DNA of 64,000 nt from a virus (lineage: Duplodnaviria > Caudoviricetes): the IMG/VR virus record IMGVR_UViG_2974613666_000001, positions 1-64,000 of that record. One strand, given 5' to 3'. The first letter of the stretch is position 1. Every line of letters starts with the position of its first letter. Shown piece after piece: positions 19,682 to 29,332 of the stretch. The notes under the pieces are model-generated. The model did not search any database, had not been told where the DNA came from, and worked only from the letters and a program-made list of their open reading frames with translations. The position numbers and the translations under genes were made by a program.

Positions 19682-21298
19682 ATGACCAGTGTTATTGCAG
19701 AATTATTTTGGAATCTACACACTTTCCAACCACTACTAACTGCCGTCGAGTTCGGAGAAGTGATCGCACCTCTGGAATCTGTAGAGTTTTCAGCGCCTAC
19801 GGTTAACGCTGATTTTGACGAAACGGGCTTACTGCTGAAAGAACTGATTGAGGAGACTTTCACCGACGGTGTAGATAAATTTGAAGGTGTGACTATAACT
19901 GGACGTGGGATTACAGGTGCTTTCTACTCGGATAACGTTAAGTATAACTTTAAAGTTACACGTAATGCTGTCCAGTATAAGCAAGCCGCTACTGCTGATA
20001 TGCGAGAACGTAGTAGGTTAGCTGTTACATTCTCAGATATGATTGAGTTTGCTAAGGCTAAAAAACCTGTAGCTGTGGGTAAGAAGTCAGGTGTTGACAA
20101 ATTAGGGCGCACTAAAAACTGTAACCCTGAGAAATCATTCCCCTGTGGTGCGGCTTGTGTGAGAAATGGATTTGGATGTAAAACAGCCCCTAGCACCAAT
20201 CAGAAAGCACTGTTTGATCAAGTTGTACAACGTGCCAAAACTGGTAATAAGTATGGCATGAGTAAAGGAGAGACAGCCACTAAGATGACCAACACTAGAA
20301 AGAAGCTACCTAAAGTTGAGGCAACCAGACCTACAACAGGAGCAGCAGCTAAGTGGCGATCGGATGTAATGAACGGGCTGAATAAACGACTAGCTGGCAA
20401 GAAGCCCGACTACGGGGATACGCAAGTTAATGATCTTAAAGACAAAGAGATACAGTGGACTAAACACCCACTAGCTAAAGGACGTGTACTTGAGGTAAAG
20501 GTAGCTGACTTAGAAAAAGCTTGGAATGATAAAGAAAATAGGGTTGAAGCCGACGGTAAGGGTGGTATTGGTAAAAGATATGAAGATGCTAAAAACTTCA
20601 TGTTGAATAACCCTAAAGTCAACATGATTGAAGTAGTAGCCAAACCTGATGGTAGTGTAGTGTTCAAGGACGGTCGCCATAGGTTTGCAGCATTACGTGA
20701 TTCAGGTAGGGAAACTATAAAGGTGGTGGTTCAGGACAGTAAAAACTGGAAACCAAAAAGTGATAAAAAACAGGAACAACCTGACAGTAATGAGCAGGTT
20801 ACACAGAATGATAATCTATCTAAATGGAAAGGTTCTAAAGAATTACCGTCAGAACTTAATGAGAAATTAAAAACCTTTGTACCTCAAAAACCATTGACTG
20901 ATGAAGAAGTTCAAAAAGCCACTACAGACTGGGTTACTAAGCAAGGATTTATGGATTTCAGTGGTCATGATAGAACACACATTGTAATGCAAAGAATGAT
21001 AGGTTTAGAATCAAAGGATATAGCTATGGCGACTAATGTGGATACAGAGGGTGTCACTGAGCTAGAAGAGTTCATTCTTATTGCTGCTTATGATTTAGTT
21101 AAGCAACCAGACATCACGTTTAAAAAGCTGGTAGAAGGTACTAAAAGTAAAACAGAAGCTCTAGCAAATAGAGACGGACATCCTAATGTGGATAAACTTA
21201 TGACAGAGCTAGTACAGAGAATGTATGACCACCCTTATAAGACTGATTATCTAAAGCAGTTTAGGAGTGTGTGGCCTGATAGTTTATTTTACGTTTAA
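19682..21298 (+). CDS. LFxNL-leader family protein with ParB/Srx-like domain and C-terminal HDxxH domain
   Basis: IAELFWNL leader, ETGLLLKELIE domain, CNPEKSFPCGAAC..C, FKDGRHRFAAL, GHDRTH...EE. Confidence 0.75.
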   Translation: MTSVIAELFWNLHTFQPLLTAVEFGEVIAPLESVEFSAPTVNADFDETGLLLKELIEETFTDGVDKFEGVTITGRGITGAFYSDNVKYNFKVTRNAVQYKQAATADMRERSRLAVTFSDMIEFAKAKKPVAVGKKSGVDKLGRTKNCNPEKSFPCGAACVRNGFGCKTAPSTNQKALFDQVVQRAKTGNKYGMSKGETATKMTNTRKKLPKVEATRPTTGAAAKWRSDVMNGLNKRLAGKKPDYGDTQVNDLKDKEIQWTKHPLAKGRVLEVKVADLEKAWNDKENRVEADGKGGIGKRYEDAKNFMLNNPKVNMIEVVAKPDGSVVFKDGRHRFAALRDSGRETIKVVVQDSKNWKPKSDKKQEQPDSNEQVTQNDNLSKWKGSKELPSELNEKLKTFVPQKPLTDEEVQKATTDWVTKQGFMDFSGHDRTHIVMQRMIGLESKDIAMATNVDTEGVTELEEFILIAAYDLVKQPDITFKKLVEGTKSKTEALANRDGHPNVDKLMTELVQRMYDHPYKTDYLKQFRSVWPDSLFYV

Positions 21299-21338
21299 AG
21301 CAGATTCAGATATACCACATAAATAGGAAGATACTAGA

Positions 21339-21536
21339 ATGACAGTCGTGGAAAAGTTTAAGAAAGAAGCTAGAGAGTATATAAAAGCAATAAGAGAGGA
21401 CTTGGAGGTAAACGGTACTGATATAGATTACTTCTTATTCATCTGTAAGAGTTTTCAGAATACTAAAGCGCTGATGTATAGCAGTAAAGAGCTTAGAAAA
21501 GCAGACCTTACTGAGTTCTTTAAAACGTTTTACTAA
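21339..21536 (+). CDS. Small partner (putative immunity) protein
   Basis: Follows 19682..21298; paralog of 11749..11949. Confidence 0.65.
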   Translation: MTVVEKFKKEAREYIKAIREDLEVNGTDIDYFLFICKSFQNTKALMYSSKELRKADLTEFFKTFY

Positions 21537-21623
21537 TTCAGTATAATTACTGTTGTTTTTTACCTCTAATCTTTGAGATAGTAGTTACATAAGCAAAACG
21601 AGCAGCAAACAGAGGTAAAACAA
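21534..21623 (+). promoter_or_regulatory. Repeated promoter/leader cassette, copy 2
   Basis: taattcagtataattactgttgtttt...tgagatagtagttacat...aggtaaaacaa. Confidence 0.7.
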
Positions 21624-21818
21624 ATGAAATTAGCTAAAGTTGAGAACAGTCAGGAAACCATAGGACAGAATGCAGATAGACTATTACACAAACTCGCTGT
21701 TAAAAGAGGTTTCAGTGCTAATGAGTCTACTGAATTAGTCAACAGAGTTAGAGCCTATATTAGATCTGATAACTACCCGGAGGCATATAAAATATTGAAT
21801 AGACTCTCAGATTCCTGA
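21624..21818 (+). CDS. Small hypothetical protein
   Basis: 64 aa behind cassette copy 2, followed by a terminator. Confidence 0.65.
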   Translation: MKLAKVENSQETIGQNADRLLHKLAVKRGFSANESTELVNRVRAYIRSDNYPEAYKILNRLSDS

Positions 21819-21836
21819 ACAATCACATAGCTCTAT

Positions 21837-21879
21837 AGACAGAAGCCGCCATTAGATAAGCTAATGGCGGCTTCTGTCT
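21837..21879. terminator. Long perfect hairpin (terminator-like)
   Basis: agacagaagccgccattag-ataag-ctaatggcggcttctgtct. Confidence 0.7.
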
Positions 21880-21966
21880 CTTGCCCATAAATGTATCCTA
21901 TCTATTATGAGTAGATATAATTGCATAAAGATAGCAAGATGATATACGTGTCAAATAATCTTTTAT

Positions 21967-22053
21967 TAATTCAGTATAATTACTGTTGTTTTAACCTATA
22001 AATCCTTATATAGTAGTTGCATAAGGTAAAACAAGTAAGACAAGGCGAAACAA
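21967..22053 (+). promoter_or_regulatory. Repeated promoter/leader cassette, copy 3
   Basis: Same 26-nt 5' block as copy 2; TTGTTT-N17-TATAGT. Confidence 0.7.
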
Positions 22054-22410
22054 ATGCTCTACATCAATTTCTTAGACAGCAACGAAACAGTAAAATCCAT
22101 AGAGATTAATGAAAAAGACTATAAAACTCTCAGACCCTTTGGCATGGAGTGCCTAGTTTCTAATGCAGTAGGTGATGATTATGTGGATTATTTTGACAGA
22201 TCATCCAAAAAACCCAAAGGCGAGGTAATCACTCATAACTGGCAGAGTTTCAAAAACGAAGTAAGGGCGGAGAACGTAACCCTGAAAAGGAAAGCAACGG
22301 CTGGGTACAAAGGAAGAAACATACTTTGGCTTATCAAAGACGCTGAAGCCATGAACAGCACCAGACCAGGAACGCCAGCTATGTGGGATCAGGTTTTAAC
22401 AGAACAATAG
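22054..22410 (+). CDS. Hypothetical protein
   Basis: 118 aa behind cassette copy 3; bidirectional terminator at ~22430-22467. Confidence 0.65.
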   Translation: MLYINFLDSNETVKSIEINEKDYKTLRPFGMECLVSNAVGDDYVDYFDRSSKKPKGEVITHNWQSFKNEVRAENVTLKRKATAGYKGRNILWLIKDAEAMNSTRPGTPAMWDQVLTEQ

Positions 22411-22471
22411 TATACAACAACAGGTTCATAAAAAACCCTTTACTCGGCAATCAGTAAGGGGTTTTTTACAA

Positions 22472-22750
22472 TTACCCCAAATGATCGCCCATCTCAGGAA
22501 ACAACGCGCTCTGATCCATATTAAAAATTTTACACATAAGCTCGATCGCACTGCGCCACGGTTTTTGTCTGCCTTTCTCAAACTTACATATTATTGAGGG
22601 ACTGATATTTGTATAACCTATTTCCTGCATTTTTATAGCTAATTCAGTCTGACTCCATCCCCTAAGTGTGCGCTCCTTTCTAAGGACTTGACATGGCGGG
22701 TATAGGGTATTTTTTTTGACTATTGTTTCATCTATGCTTAAACCAATCAT
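22472..22750 (-). CDS. XRE-family HTH transcriptional regulator
   Basis: LRKERTLRGWSQTELA...ISPSIICKFEKGRQKP; divergent from the head operon. Confidence 0.85.
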   Translation of the reverse strand: MIGLSIDETIVKKNTLYPPCQVLRKERTLRGWSQTELAIKMQEIGYTNISPSIICKFEKGRQKPWRSAIELMCKIFNMDQSALFPEMGDHLG

Positions 22751-22854
22751 ATTCCTAATTCCTCATATAGTCAGTCAGTCAGTCATACCTATTTTAACTT
22801 AAGTATATAAAAATAGTGATATATCTTACGCGTTTCAAATAGTGATTAAGAAAG

Positions 22855-24567
22855 TTGACTAATCAAACTTACGAGATAGAAATATTCAAAGCAGGGGAGC
22901 ATACAGCTAGTAATGGTGCAACTCTAGACTTCCCTAGACATAAATTAAGGGAAGCAGTCACCACCTACAACCCTCAAATATTTCGCGCACCAGCAATTAT
23001 TTCCCACGATACAGGCGGGATATCTGACAATTCCATTGCAGATAAAGAGCTTTGCTATGGTGTGCCTCACAAGTTGAGATTAGATGGCGACAGTCTAAGA
23101 GCTATTTTTACAAAACTTTCCCCCAAACTTGTTCAATGGCTGCGCGACGGTGCTTTGCATAGCCTCAGCCCAAGTTTTTACCTACCTAATAGCCCAAACA
23201 ATCCCTATCCTGGGAAATTGTCTCTGAGGCACATTGCTTTTCTAGGTAAAACTCCTCCAGCAGTTAAAGGGCTTGCACCAATACCGCAACCCCCTGTTGA
23301 TTGGAGTGAGGCTGAGTTTGAAGAGTTTGGGTATTGTGAATTTAATGTTTTTGCTCCAGAAGAAGGAGTAGTTGATTTTTCTATAGGTATTACTAATATG
23401 CAAGTAAATCCACACATGATCGCTGCTGACTTGTTTCAGCGCTATCGTGAAAATCTGATTGCTACTGAGGATCTTGAAACTGCTGAAAGCGTTCTCCCAG
23501 GAGAAACGATAGCAGCCCTGCGAGAACAAGCTGTGCAGGAACAGCAAAAAGACCGTCAAATTCTTGACCTCCAAATGGAAGTCCAAGAATTGCGTAACAA
23601 ATGCTCTGAGTTTGAATCTCAACTAGAGAACTACTCTAACTGGGATGAGGACGAGGATGAGATGGATTACGGTCAGATGAAGCTTGAGTACGGTCAGATG
23701 AAGCTTGAGTACGGTCAGATGAAATCCCGCATTGCCGAACTTGAGGAAATGATGGATGAAGAATCTGAGTACGGTGAGGGTTACTACAAGCGGAAGTGCG
23801 GCGATAAAGATAAACAAATCGCCGAATTAACTGAGCAATTAAAGCTCAAGAAACCCGCAGAAACAACAATGTCTCCAATGAGCTATTCAGAAATGACCGA
23901 TTATAAAGGGTTAATGAAAACCCTAAAAATGACAGCTAGCGCCGTGGCGGAAGCCACTGGAATCGACATTGACGAGCTAACTGATTATGTTAATGGCGAT
24001 GGTGAGCTAACTAAGAAAGAAATTGAAAAACTCAATTCTATCCTGAACACAGAAATGTCTGATAAACAGGAAGAAATTGAGTACGCCGAATCTCAATTAG
24101 CCGCCAAAATCGCTGAACTAGCAGAACGAGAAGATGCTCTTGCACAACGCGAAGCTGAATTAGCTGATAAGGAGCAAAAAGCCGAGTTTAGCGAAGTTTC
24201 CAAGAAGGTTGACGAGCTAATTAACGCTGGTAAAGTCAACGCTCAAAGACGCGATCGCACCATCAAACTATTACTCAATGCTTCCAACGATAGCTTAATT
24301 GAGTTCTCTGAGGATGAAATGCTAACACCCCGTCAAGAGTTAATTGCTCAATTAGAATCAGTCAAACCTTGGAACTTCGGCGAAACCATTGTTAAGGGTG
24401 ATGAAATTCCAGCTACTGACAACTCTATAGCTGTTACCCCTGGTGCAACTCAAGAATCTGTACAAGGTTTAGCTGCTGTTAACGCTTGGTGTATTGCTAA
24501 TAAGAAAGACTTCAACAGCGATGCTGACTTCAATGAAGCGTTGAAAGCACTAAACATTGAGTTTTAG
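22855..24567 (+). CDS. Mu-like prohead protease/scaffold (protein I type)
   Basis: IEIFKAGEHT, APAIISH, SPSFY.P.SP.NP.PGK..LRHIAFLG..PPAVKGL; acidic coiled-coil C-terminus. Confidence 0.88.
   Translation: MTNQTYEIEIFKAGEHTASNGATLDFPRHKLREAVTTYNPQIFRAPAIISHDTGGISDNSIADKELCYGVPHKLRLDGDSLRAIFTKLSPKLVQWLRDGALHSLSPSFYLPNSPNNPYPGKLSLRHIAFLGKTPPAVKGLAPIPQPPVDWSEAEFEEFGYCEFNVFAPEEGVVDFSIGITNMQVNPHMIAADLFQRYRENLIATEDLETAESVLPGETIAALREQAVQEQQKDRQILDLQMEVQELRNKCSEFESQLENYSNWDEDEDEMDYGQMKLEYGQMKLEYGQMKSRIAELEEMMDEESEYGEGYYKRKCGDKDKQIAELTEQLKLKKPAETTMSPMSYSEMTDYKGLMKTLKMTASAVAEATGIDIDELTDYVNGDGELTKKEIEKLNSILNTEMSDKQEEIEYAESQLAAKIAELAEREDALAQREAELADKEQKAEFSEVSKKVDELINAGKVNAQRRDRTIKLLLNASNDSLIEFSEDEMLTPRQELIAQLESVKPWNFGETIVKGDEIPATDNSIAVTPGATQESVQGLAAVNAWCIANKKDFNSDADFNEALKALNIEF
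23668..23723 (+). repeat. 21-bp tandem repeat (about 2.7 copies) in the protease gene
   Basis: tacggtcagatgaagcttgag repeated, encoding YGQMKLE. Confidence 0.9.
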
Positions 24568-24625
24568 TTTTTTCATTTACCTAAACCATAACTAGATGGT
24601 TATATAACTACGGAGAAATTTAAGA

Positions 24626-24979
24626 ATGTCATCTCAACAACGTGCCACTCGCACAATCACTGTTAATTCAGCCGCAGACATTGCAGCTAAAAGGGCTGTA
24701 ACCTTCGCCCACGCTCAAGCGGAAGCAAATGCAACTGCAATCCTTGGTATTGCTAACGAAAAGATAGTTGCTGGTTTTCCAGGGCTAGTGATTCGTGGTG
24801 AAACTGCGATCGCCGAAGCTGGAGCAGCGATCAACGGCTCAGTTCCCGACCTAATGACTGATTCTGTTGGTCGTTTAGTTGTCTGGACTACAGGTAACAC
24901 CGTTGTTGCTCGTCTGGTTCCCGGTCAAACGGCTGCTGCTGCTGGTGATTACATCGAAGTTTACCCCGTTCAGTTCTAG
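24626..24979 (+). CDS. Capsid cement/decoration protein (DUF2190-like)
   Basis: Ala/Gly-rich, AIAEAGAAI...LMTDSVGR...AAAAGDYIEV; between protease and capsid genes. Confidence 0.75.
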   Translation: MSSQQRATRTITVNSAADIAAKRAVTFAHAQAEANATAILGIANEKIVAGFPGLVIRGETAIAEAGAAINGSVPDLMTDSVGRLVVWTTGNTVVARLVPGQTAAAAGDYIEVYPVQF

Positions 24980-25012
24980 ATTTAACAAACTTTTTAAGGA
25001 AGAAATTGAAAT

Positions 25013-26005
25013 ATGACTACTCCATATAGAGAGAGTAATTTAGGCGTAAACCAGATTCTGACCAACATTGCACAGCGCTATGTTCAGCCAGAACACGTTA
25101 TGCGCCTGCTGTACCCCTTAGTTGAGGTTGGATCTATCTCCGGTCAAATTCTTAGCTTCGGTGATGAAGACTACAACAACGTAAATGATGACGTTGCTGA
25201 TGGTGATAACTACGCTGAGATCGAAGACACCTTTAGTGGTCAGCCTTTTGTACTCAACTCTAAAGGGTTGATGTATAAATTACCAGATCGCAAACGTCGC
25301 CAATTAGAGTTCCAAGGGTACAACTGGGGACAACACGCAGCTACTAAGTTGATGGAGCGGGCTTCTTTACTGCATGAAGCTGAGTCAGCAACTAAAGCTA
25401 CTAATGCTGCTAACTATGCTACTGACAACAAAATCACCCTAACAAGTGGTTCTCAGTTTAACGAAGCGGCTGTAGACCCAGAACCCTTTATCCGCCAAGG
25501 TACAACAGCCATTATCAAGCAGATTGGCGCAAAACCCAATGTGATGATATTAGGACGTGAGGTATTTGATACTTTGGCAACCAAGTTTAGTCGTACCTTT
25601 ACTTCTACAGTTGTAGGTGGTATGCGTCAACAACTAACTGAAGATGTTTTAGCTGCTACCTACGGGTTTGCTAGAGTCCGAGTCTGTGATGCGATCGTCA
25701 AAAACGGTCAAACCAAAACCAACCCATTCGGTAAAAACATTGTGATTGCACGTGTTAACCCTGCCGCTCTGAATGCAGATCGTATCCCCTACAGAATTGA
25801 TGGTTCTATCATGCCTCAAGAGTACAGCTTCGGTTACACATACGTTTACAAAGGTAATCCTTTAATGTATGACAGAGGTCGCAACGATGAGAAGAACTAC
25901 GACTACTTCAAACTAGATTTTGATCGCTCAGTAGTTCACACAGGTGTTAACAAAACATCTGGATTAATCGAATCTGGATACTTGATCAAAGACGCAGTGG
26001 CTTAG
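25013..26005 (+). CDS. Major capsid protein
   Basis: ILTNIAQRY..P....LYPLVEV, IG.KPNVMILG, SFGYTY, GYLIKDAVA; position in the head operon. Confidence 0.88.
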   Translation: MTTPYRESNLGVNQILTNIAQRYVQPEHVMRLLYPLVEVGSISGQILSFGDEDYNNVNDDVADGDNYAEIEDTFSGQPFVLNSKGLMYKLPDRKRRQLEFQGYNWGQHAATKLMERASLLHEAESATKATNAANYATDNKITLTSGSQFNEAAVDPEPFIRQGTTAIIKQIGAKPNVMILGREVFDTLATKFSRTFTSTVVGGMRQQLTEDVLAATYGFARVRVCDAIVKNGQTKTNPFGKNIVIARVNPAALNADRIPYRIDGSIMPQEYSFGYTYVYKGNPLMYDRGRNDEKNYDYFKLDFDRSVVHTGVNKTSGLIESGYLIKDAVA

Positions 26006-26013
26006 GGGGCTAA

Positions 26014-26349
26014 ATGGCAAACTCAATCTACAGAGTTACGCCCCTTGGCGAACCTATCTCAGCAAACGGTGAAAGATTTCTTGCTGGTCAGGAGTATGAA
26101 GGTGATACAGAGATTAATCAGCGTTTGGTTGATTCTGGATATGTGGAACTTATTCGTGCTGTGCCAGAAAGAAAAAGATCCTCCATGCCTCCTGAACCTA
26201 CAGCGTCTACACCTGTTGTAACTAAAGAAACTCAAGAAACAAAAGTAACTACTGAAGAAGCTGAGACTGAGCCTAAGACAACCACTGAAACCGTTGAAAC
26301 GCCTGAAACAGTTAAACCCACAAGAACATCTCGCAGAGGTAGCAGTTAG
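26014..26349 (+). CDS. Small head-associated protein with Thr/Glu-rich tail
   Basis: Between the capsid and gp36-like genes. Confidence 0.6.
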   Translation: MANSIYRVTPLGEPISANGERFLAGQEYEGDTEINQRLVDSGYVELIRAVPERKRSSMPPEPTASTPVVTKETQETKVTTEEAETEPKTTTETVETPETVKPTRTSRRGSS

Positions 26350-26351
26350 TT

Positions 26352-26828
26352 ATGGGATACGCAACTGCTGAGGAGTTTGAACTACGTGTTACAGCAAACC
26401 TAGCTATTGACTTAACTAATCTAGACGACCCAAGTGCCACAACAGTTAATTTAACCAGACTGACATCCGTACTTGACGACGCTAGTGGTGAAATAAATGG
26501 TTTTTTAGCTACACGCTACCAAGTACCTTTAACAGTTGTCCCAAGCTTCCTAAAGACCTACTGCATTGATATTGCTGTATATCTTCTTTCACGTAATCGT
26601 AAGGATGAGGATGCTGTCAGTAGGTACGACAAGATAATTGAGCGACTAAAGGATATAGAGAAGGGTCGAATGCTGCTAATTGATGACGCTACAGGGCTAC
26701 CTATACCTAAACGTGATCCACTCAACCTACTGGTTGATGAGCGCGGTCAAACACTTAATGACTTCACGGCAAGCTCTAATATAGCCGCCACAAGGTTATT
26801 CACTGAAGAATCCCTCTCTCTGTTCTGA
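26352..26828 (+). CDS. Head-tail adaptor, Mu gp36/DUF1320 family
   Basis: MGYAT...LDDASGEINGFL..RY.VPL..VP..L...CIDIAVYLL. Confidence 0.88.
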   Translation: MGYATAEEFELRVTANLAIDLTNLDDPSATTVNLTRLTSVLDDASGEINGFLATRYQVPLTVVPSFLKTYCIDIAVYLLSRNRKDEDAVSRYDKIIERLKDIEKGRMLLIDDATGLPIPKRDPLNLLVDERGQTLNDFTASSNIAATRLFTEESLSLF

Positions 26829-26830
26829 CT

Positions 26831-27262
26831 ATGATTACTGAATTAAGACAAGCAATAATCGAGAGATTAGAACAGAGATTCAGCAGTCGAGCCAAGATCA
26901 TCTCTGACGATACAGATGGTGATACTACAGCTAAGTTACAGCATCGAGGCGATCAGATAATCCGAGTAACCTACGCAGGTACATCTTTTGAGCCTCCTAC
27001 CAGCCCTGATGATGTAGCTATCCAAATAGCTAATCGCTCATATCAAATTTCTGTTGAAATTAGAGACTTGAGAACTGAAGACAAAACAGTTCAACTACTT
27101 GAAGATATCCAAGCCAGAATGATGGGATTTTGCCCAAAAGTTGATGGAGTGACAGGACAATTCTACCTGCAAAATAACAACTTTAAGCAAAACGACAGTG
27201 GTACATATTTTTACACGATAAACATAGCAATACCTTCAAGGGTATTAAAATCATATGTCTGA
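26831..27262 (+). CDS. Mu gp37-like tail terminator
   Basis: AIIERL, V.Y.G..F, LLEDIQARMMGF.P; synteny after gp36. Confidence 0.65.
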   Translation: MITELRQAIIERLEQRFSSRAKIISDDTDGDTTAKLQHRGDQIIRVTYAGTSFEPPTSPDDVAIQIANRSYQISVEIRDLRTEDKTVQLLEDIQARMMGFCPKVDGVTGQFYLQNNNFKQNDSGTYFYTINIAIPSRVLKSYV

Positions 27263-28085
27263 TGCAAAGTATGGTCTTCGTACCATTACCAGAAGTTTAA
27301 TTTATCGCCAAGTCGAAGTATCTGACGGTCTAGGTGGTTTTGTTACCGCTTCCCTACCTATTCCTGAAATCGTTGGTGCAGTCTCCTTGGTTATTGACCC
27401 AGGTATTCAGCTTCTTGAATTACCAGGTGTGAATTGCAAAGGTGAAGAAGTCATTGAACTAACTGTACCTAAATCACGACTACCAACAATGCAGATAGAA
27501 TACTCTGTTGGTGCGCCAGAAATGGATTCTTTGATCCACGGTAAAATCATCAGCAGTCAGGCTGACTTTGTAGGTGATGTGTATTTCGAGGCTGTTGCTG
27601 ATACAGCCAGCATACCTGCAAGAATTAGTGGTCAAGCTGGTTTCAGTGTGACCCCGCAAGCTGCTGCAACTAGCACAGCACAAGTGTATTACGTCGATCC
27701 CGTTACGCACCTAGCCAAGAAGCTTGAGATTGCAGACGGTACACCCGCAGGCGATCAAATCACTATAGGTGCGGCTTTAGCTATCACACTAAGTCCTGAG
27801 TTGGTTGCTACAGGTGCTATCATCCGTGGCTGGGTTCCCTGTACCTTTACTGCGGCTACAGCCATCACAAATAGTGATGTGAGATTGGTTGGTGTGAAAG
27901 CTATGGGTGTTGATTTCGGTGGTAAGTTTGCTGGATTCTCTGCTCGTAATTGCTCTCTCCTTTACGGTGCTGCTTTGGGATCTGACCCCAAAAAATCAAT
28001 CAAACTACGTATTCTCCCAGACCAAAATGATGGCACTGGTTTAGGTTTCCAAATGTTCTACACCAACGAAGACTTAGTGTGCTAG
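27255..28085 (+). CDS. Putative major tail tube protein
   Basis: Position after gp37-like gene, beta-rich composition; no sheath gene seen. Confidence 0.5.
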   Translation: MSDAKYGLRTITRSLIYRQVEVSDGLGGFVTASLPIPEIVGAVSLVIDPGIQLLELPGVNCKGEEVIELTVPKSRLPTMQIEYSVGAPEMDSLIHGKIISSQADFVGDVYFEAVADTASIPARISGQAGFSVTPQAAATSTAQVYYVDPVTHLAKKLEIADGTPAGDQITIGAALAITLSPELVATGAIIRGWVPCTFTAATAITNSDVRLVGVKAMGVDFGGKFAGFSARNCSLLYGAALGSDPKKSIKLRILPDQNDGTGLGFQMFYTNEDLVC

Positions 28086-28705
28086 TTAATGAGCATTACT
28101 GGTTACTAGAATTTCTATCGGGTGATTTCTTGCTTGTAAATCAACCAAGTTTAAAAATCGCCCGTGAAATTCGAGCATACCATGATATTTTACTTTCACG
28201 GTTTAAGAATTTAACACAGTCGCCTGATTTCCATAACCTAGCATTTGATAGGCTACATGAAGGGTTAGCGAATTACTATAGCAAAATAGTAGATAGGCTA
28301 AACCCTTCTTTTGATTTTCTTAGTCTTACAAGTGAGTCACGTCATAGGTTCTTTATTGCATCGGAAGTGAGGCATGGTCACTGGATATCTGGTCTTGAGT
28401 TACTTATGGGTTTAGACTACGAAAATCCTGATAATAAGACCAAAGGTGTATCCAAACTAACTCTCACAAGCGGCGACTTAGAGATAGATATTATGGCAGG
28501 TCTATTACTACAGGAAAACATAGGTAATGTGGAATGGTTACACGAGTCTAAGTCCCCACAATACTTGGTCAAGCTACTAACGCAGATGAATAACTGTCGC
28601 AGAGGTCAGGGAGCGATAGAGGAGCTTCAGAGAGAAAGAGATTTAGAGATAGTAAAGCAAAAGAATATGGAAAACGCGCTTGCTAATTCGGGGTTTAATT
28701 TTTAA
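28079..28705 (+). CDS. Hypothetical protein (possible tail assembly chaperone)
   Basis: Position only. Confidence 0.4.
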   Translation: MLVNEHYWLLEFLSGDFLLVNQPSLKIAREIRAYHDILLSRFKNLTQSPDFHNLAFDRLHEGLANYYSKIVDRLNPSFDFLSLTSESRHRFFIASEVRHGHWISGLELLMGLDYENPDNKTKGVSKLTLTSGDLEIDIMAGLLLQENIGNVEWLHESKSPQYLVKLLTQMNNCRRGQGAIEELQRERDLEIVKQKNMENALANSGFNF

Positions 28706-28707
28706 TT

Positions 28708-29325
28708 ATGGCAAAACTGAATAGATTAGCTCAAACCATAGCGGGTATTAACCCAAACACAGATAGTGAAGAGGTGGTTTCCGTTATAGGTGGTGTGTTA
28801 CAGACTTCTGTAGATATTTCAGGAAATGTAACTATAGACACAAGCCTATTAAGTAAAGAGGCAACACTAGCAGAGGTACGCGATCGCCTACCTCTGACAC
28901 TAGGGATAAAAACAGCAGATGCAAGCTTGCCTGTGGTATTAGCATCTGACCAACAATTATCCTTGATCAATGATGTCAATAATAGAGTTTTTGTTGATAG
29001 CGAACCGTCTGGATTGCAAAACATTCTTGTATCACGCAATACAACTACGGGAGATGCTTTAATAGCTGCACCCGCTACAGGATTTAAAACTGTCGTGCGT
29101 GGATTTTTAGTATCAAATCTTTCTACTACCAATAAACAGCTTGTAGCGTTTCGTGCTGGCGATCCTCAAGTAAATGTTTATCCTCAATTTACTTTACAAA
29201 CTGAAGAAGTGTTTGGGGACAAATCAGCAATTCCATCCATGTCTTTAACAGGAGCTTTGTTTATAGTTTTGTCAAATGCTAGTCTTTGTGATATTCAAAT
29301 TCAGTACACAATAGAAGCTGTCTAA
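28708..29325 (+). CDS. Putative virion structural protein
   Basis: LGIKTADASLPVVLASDQ motif typical of phage fibre-associated proteins. Confidence 0.5.
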   Translation: MAKLNRLAQTIAGINPNTDSEEVVSVIGGVLQTSVDISGNVTIDTSLLSKEATLAEVRDRLPLTLGIKTADASLPVVLASDQQLSLINDVNNRVFVDSEPSGLQNILVSRNTTTGDALIAAPATGFKTVVRGFLVSNLSTTNKQLVAFRAGDPQVNVYPQFTLQTEEVFGDKSAIPSMSLTGALFIVLSNASLCDIQIQYTIEAV

Positions 29326-29332
29326 AACTATT

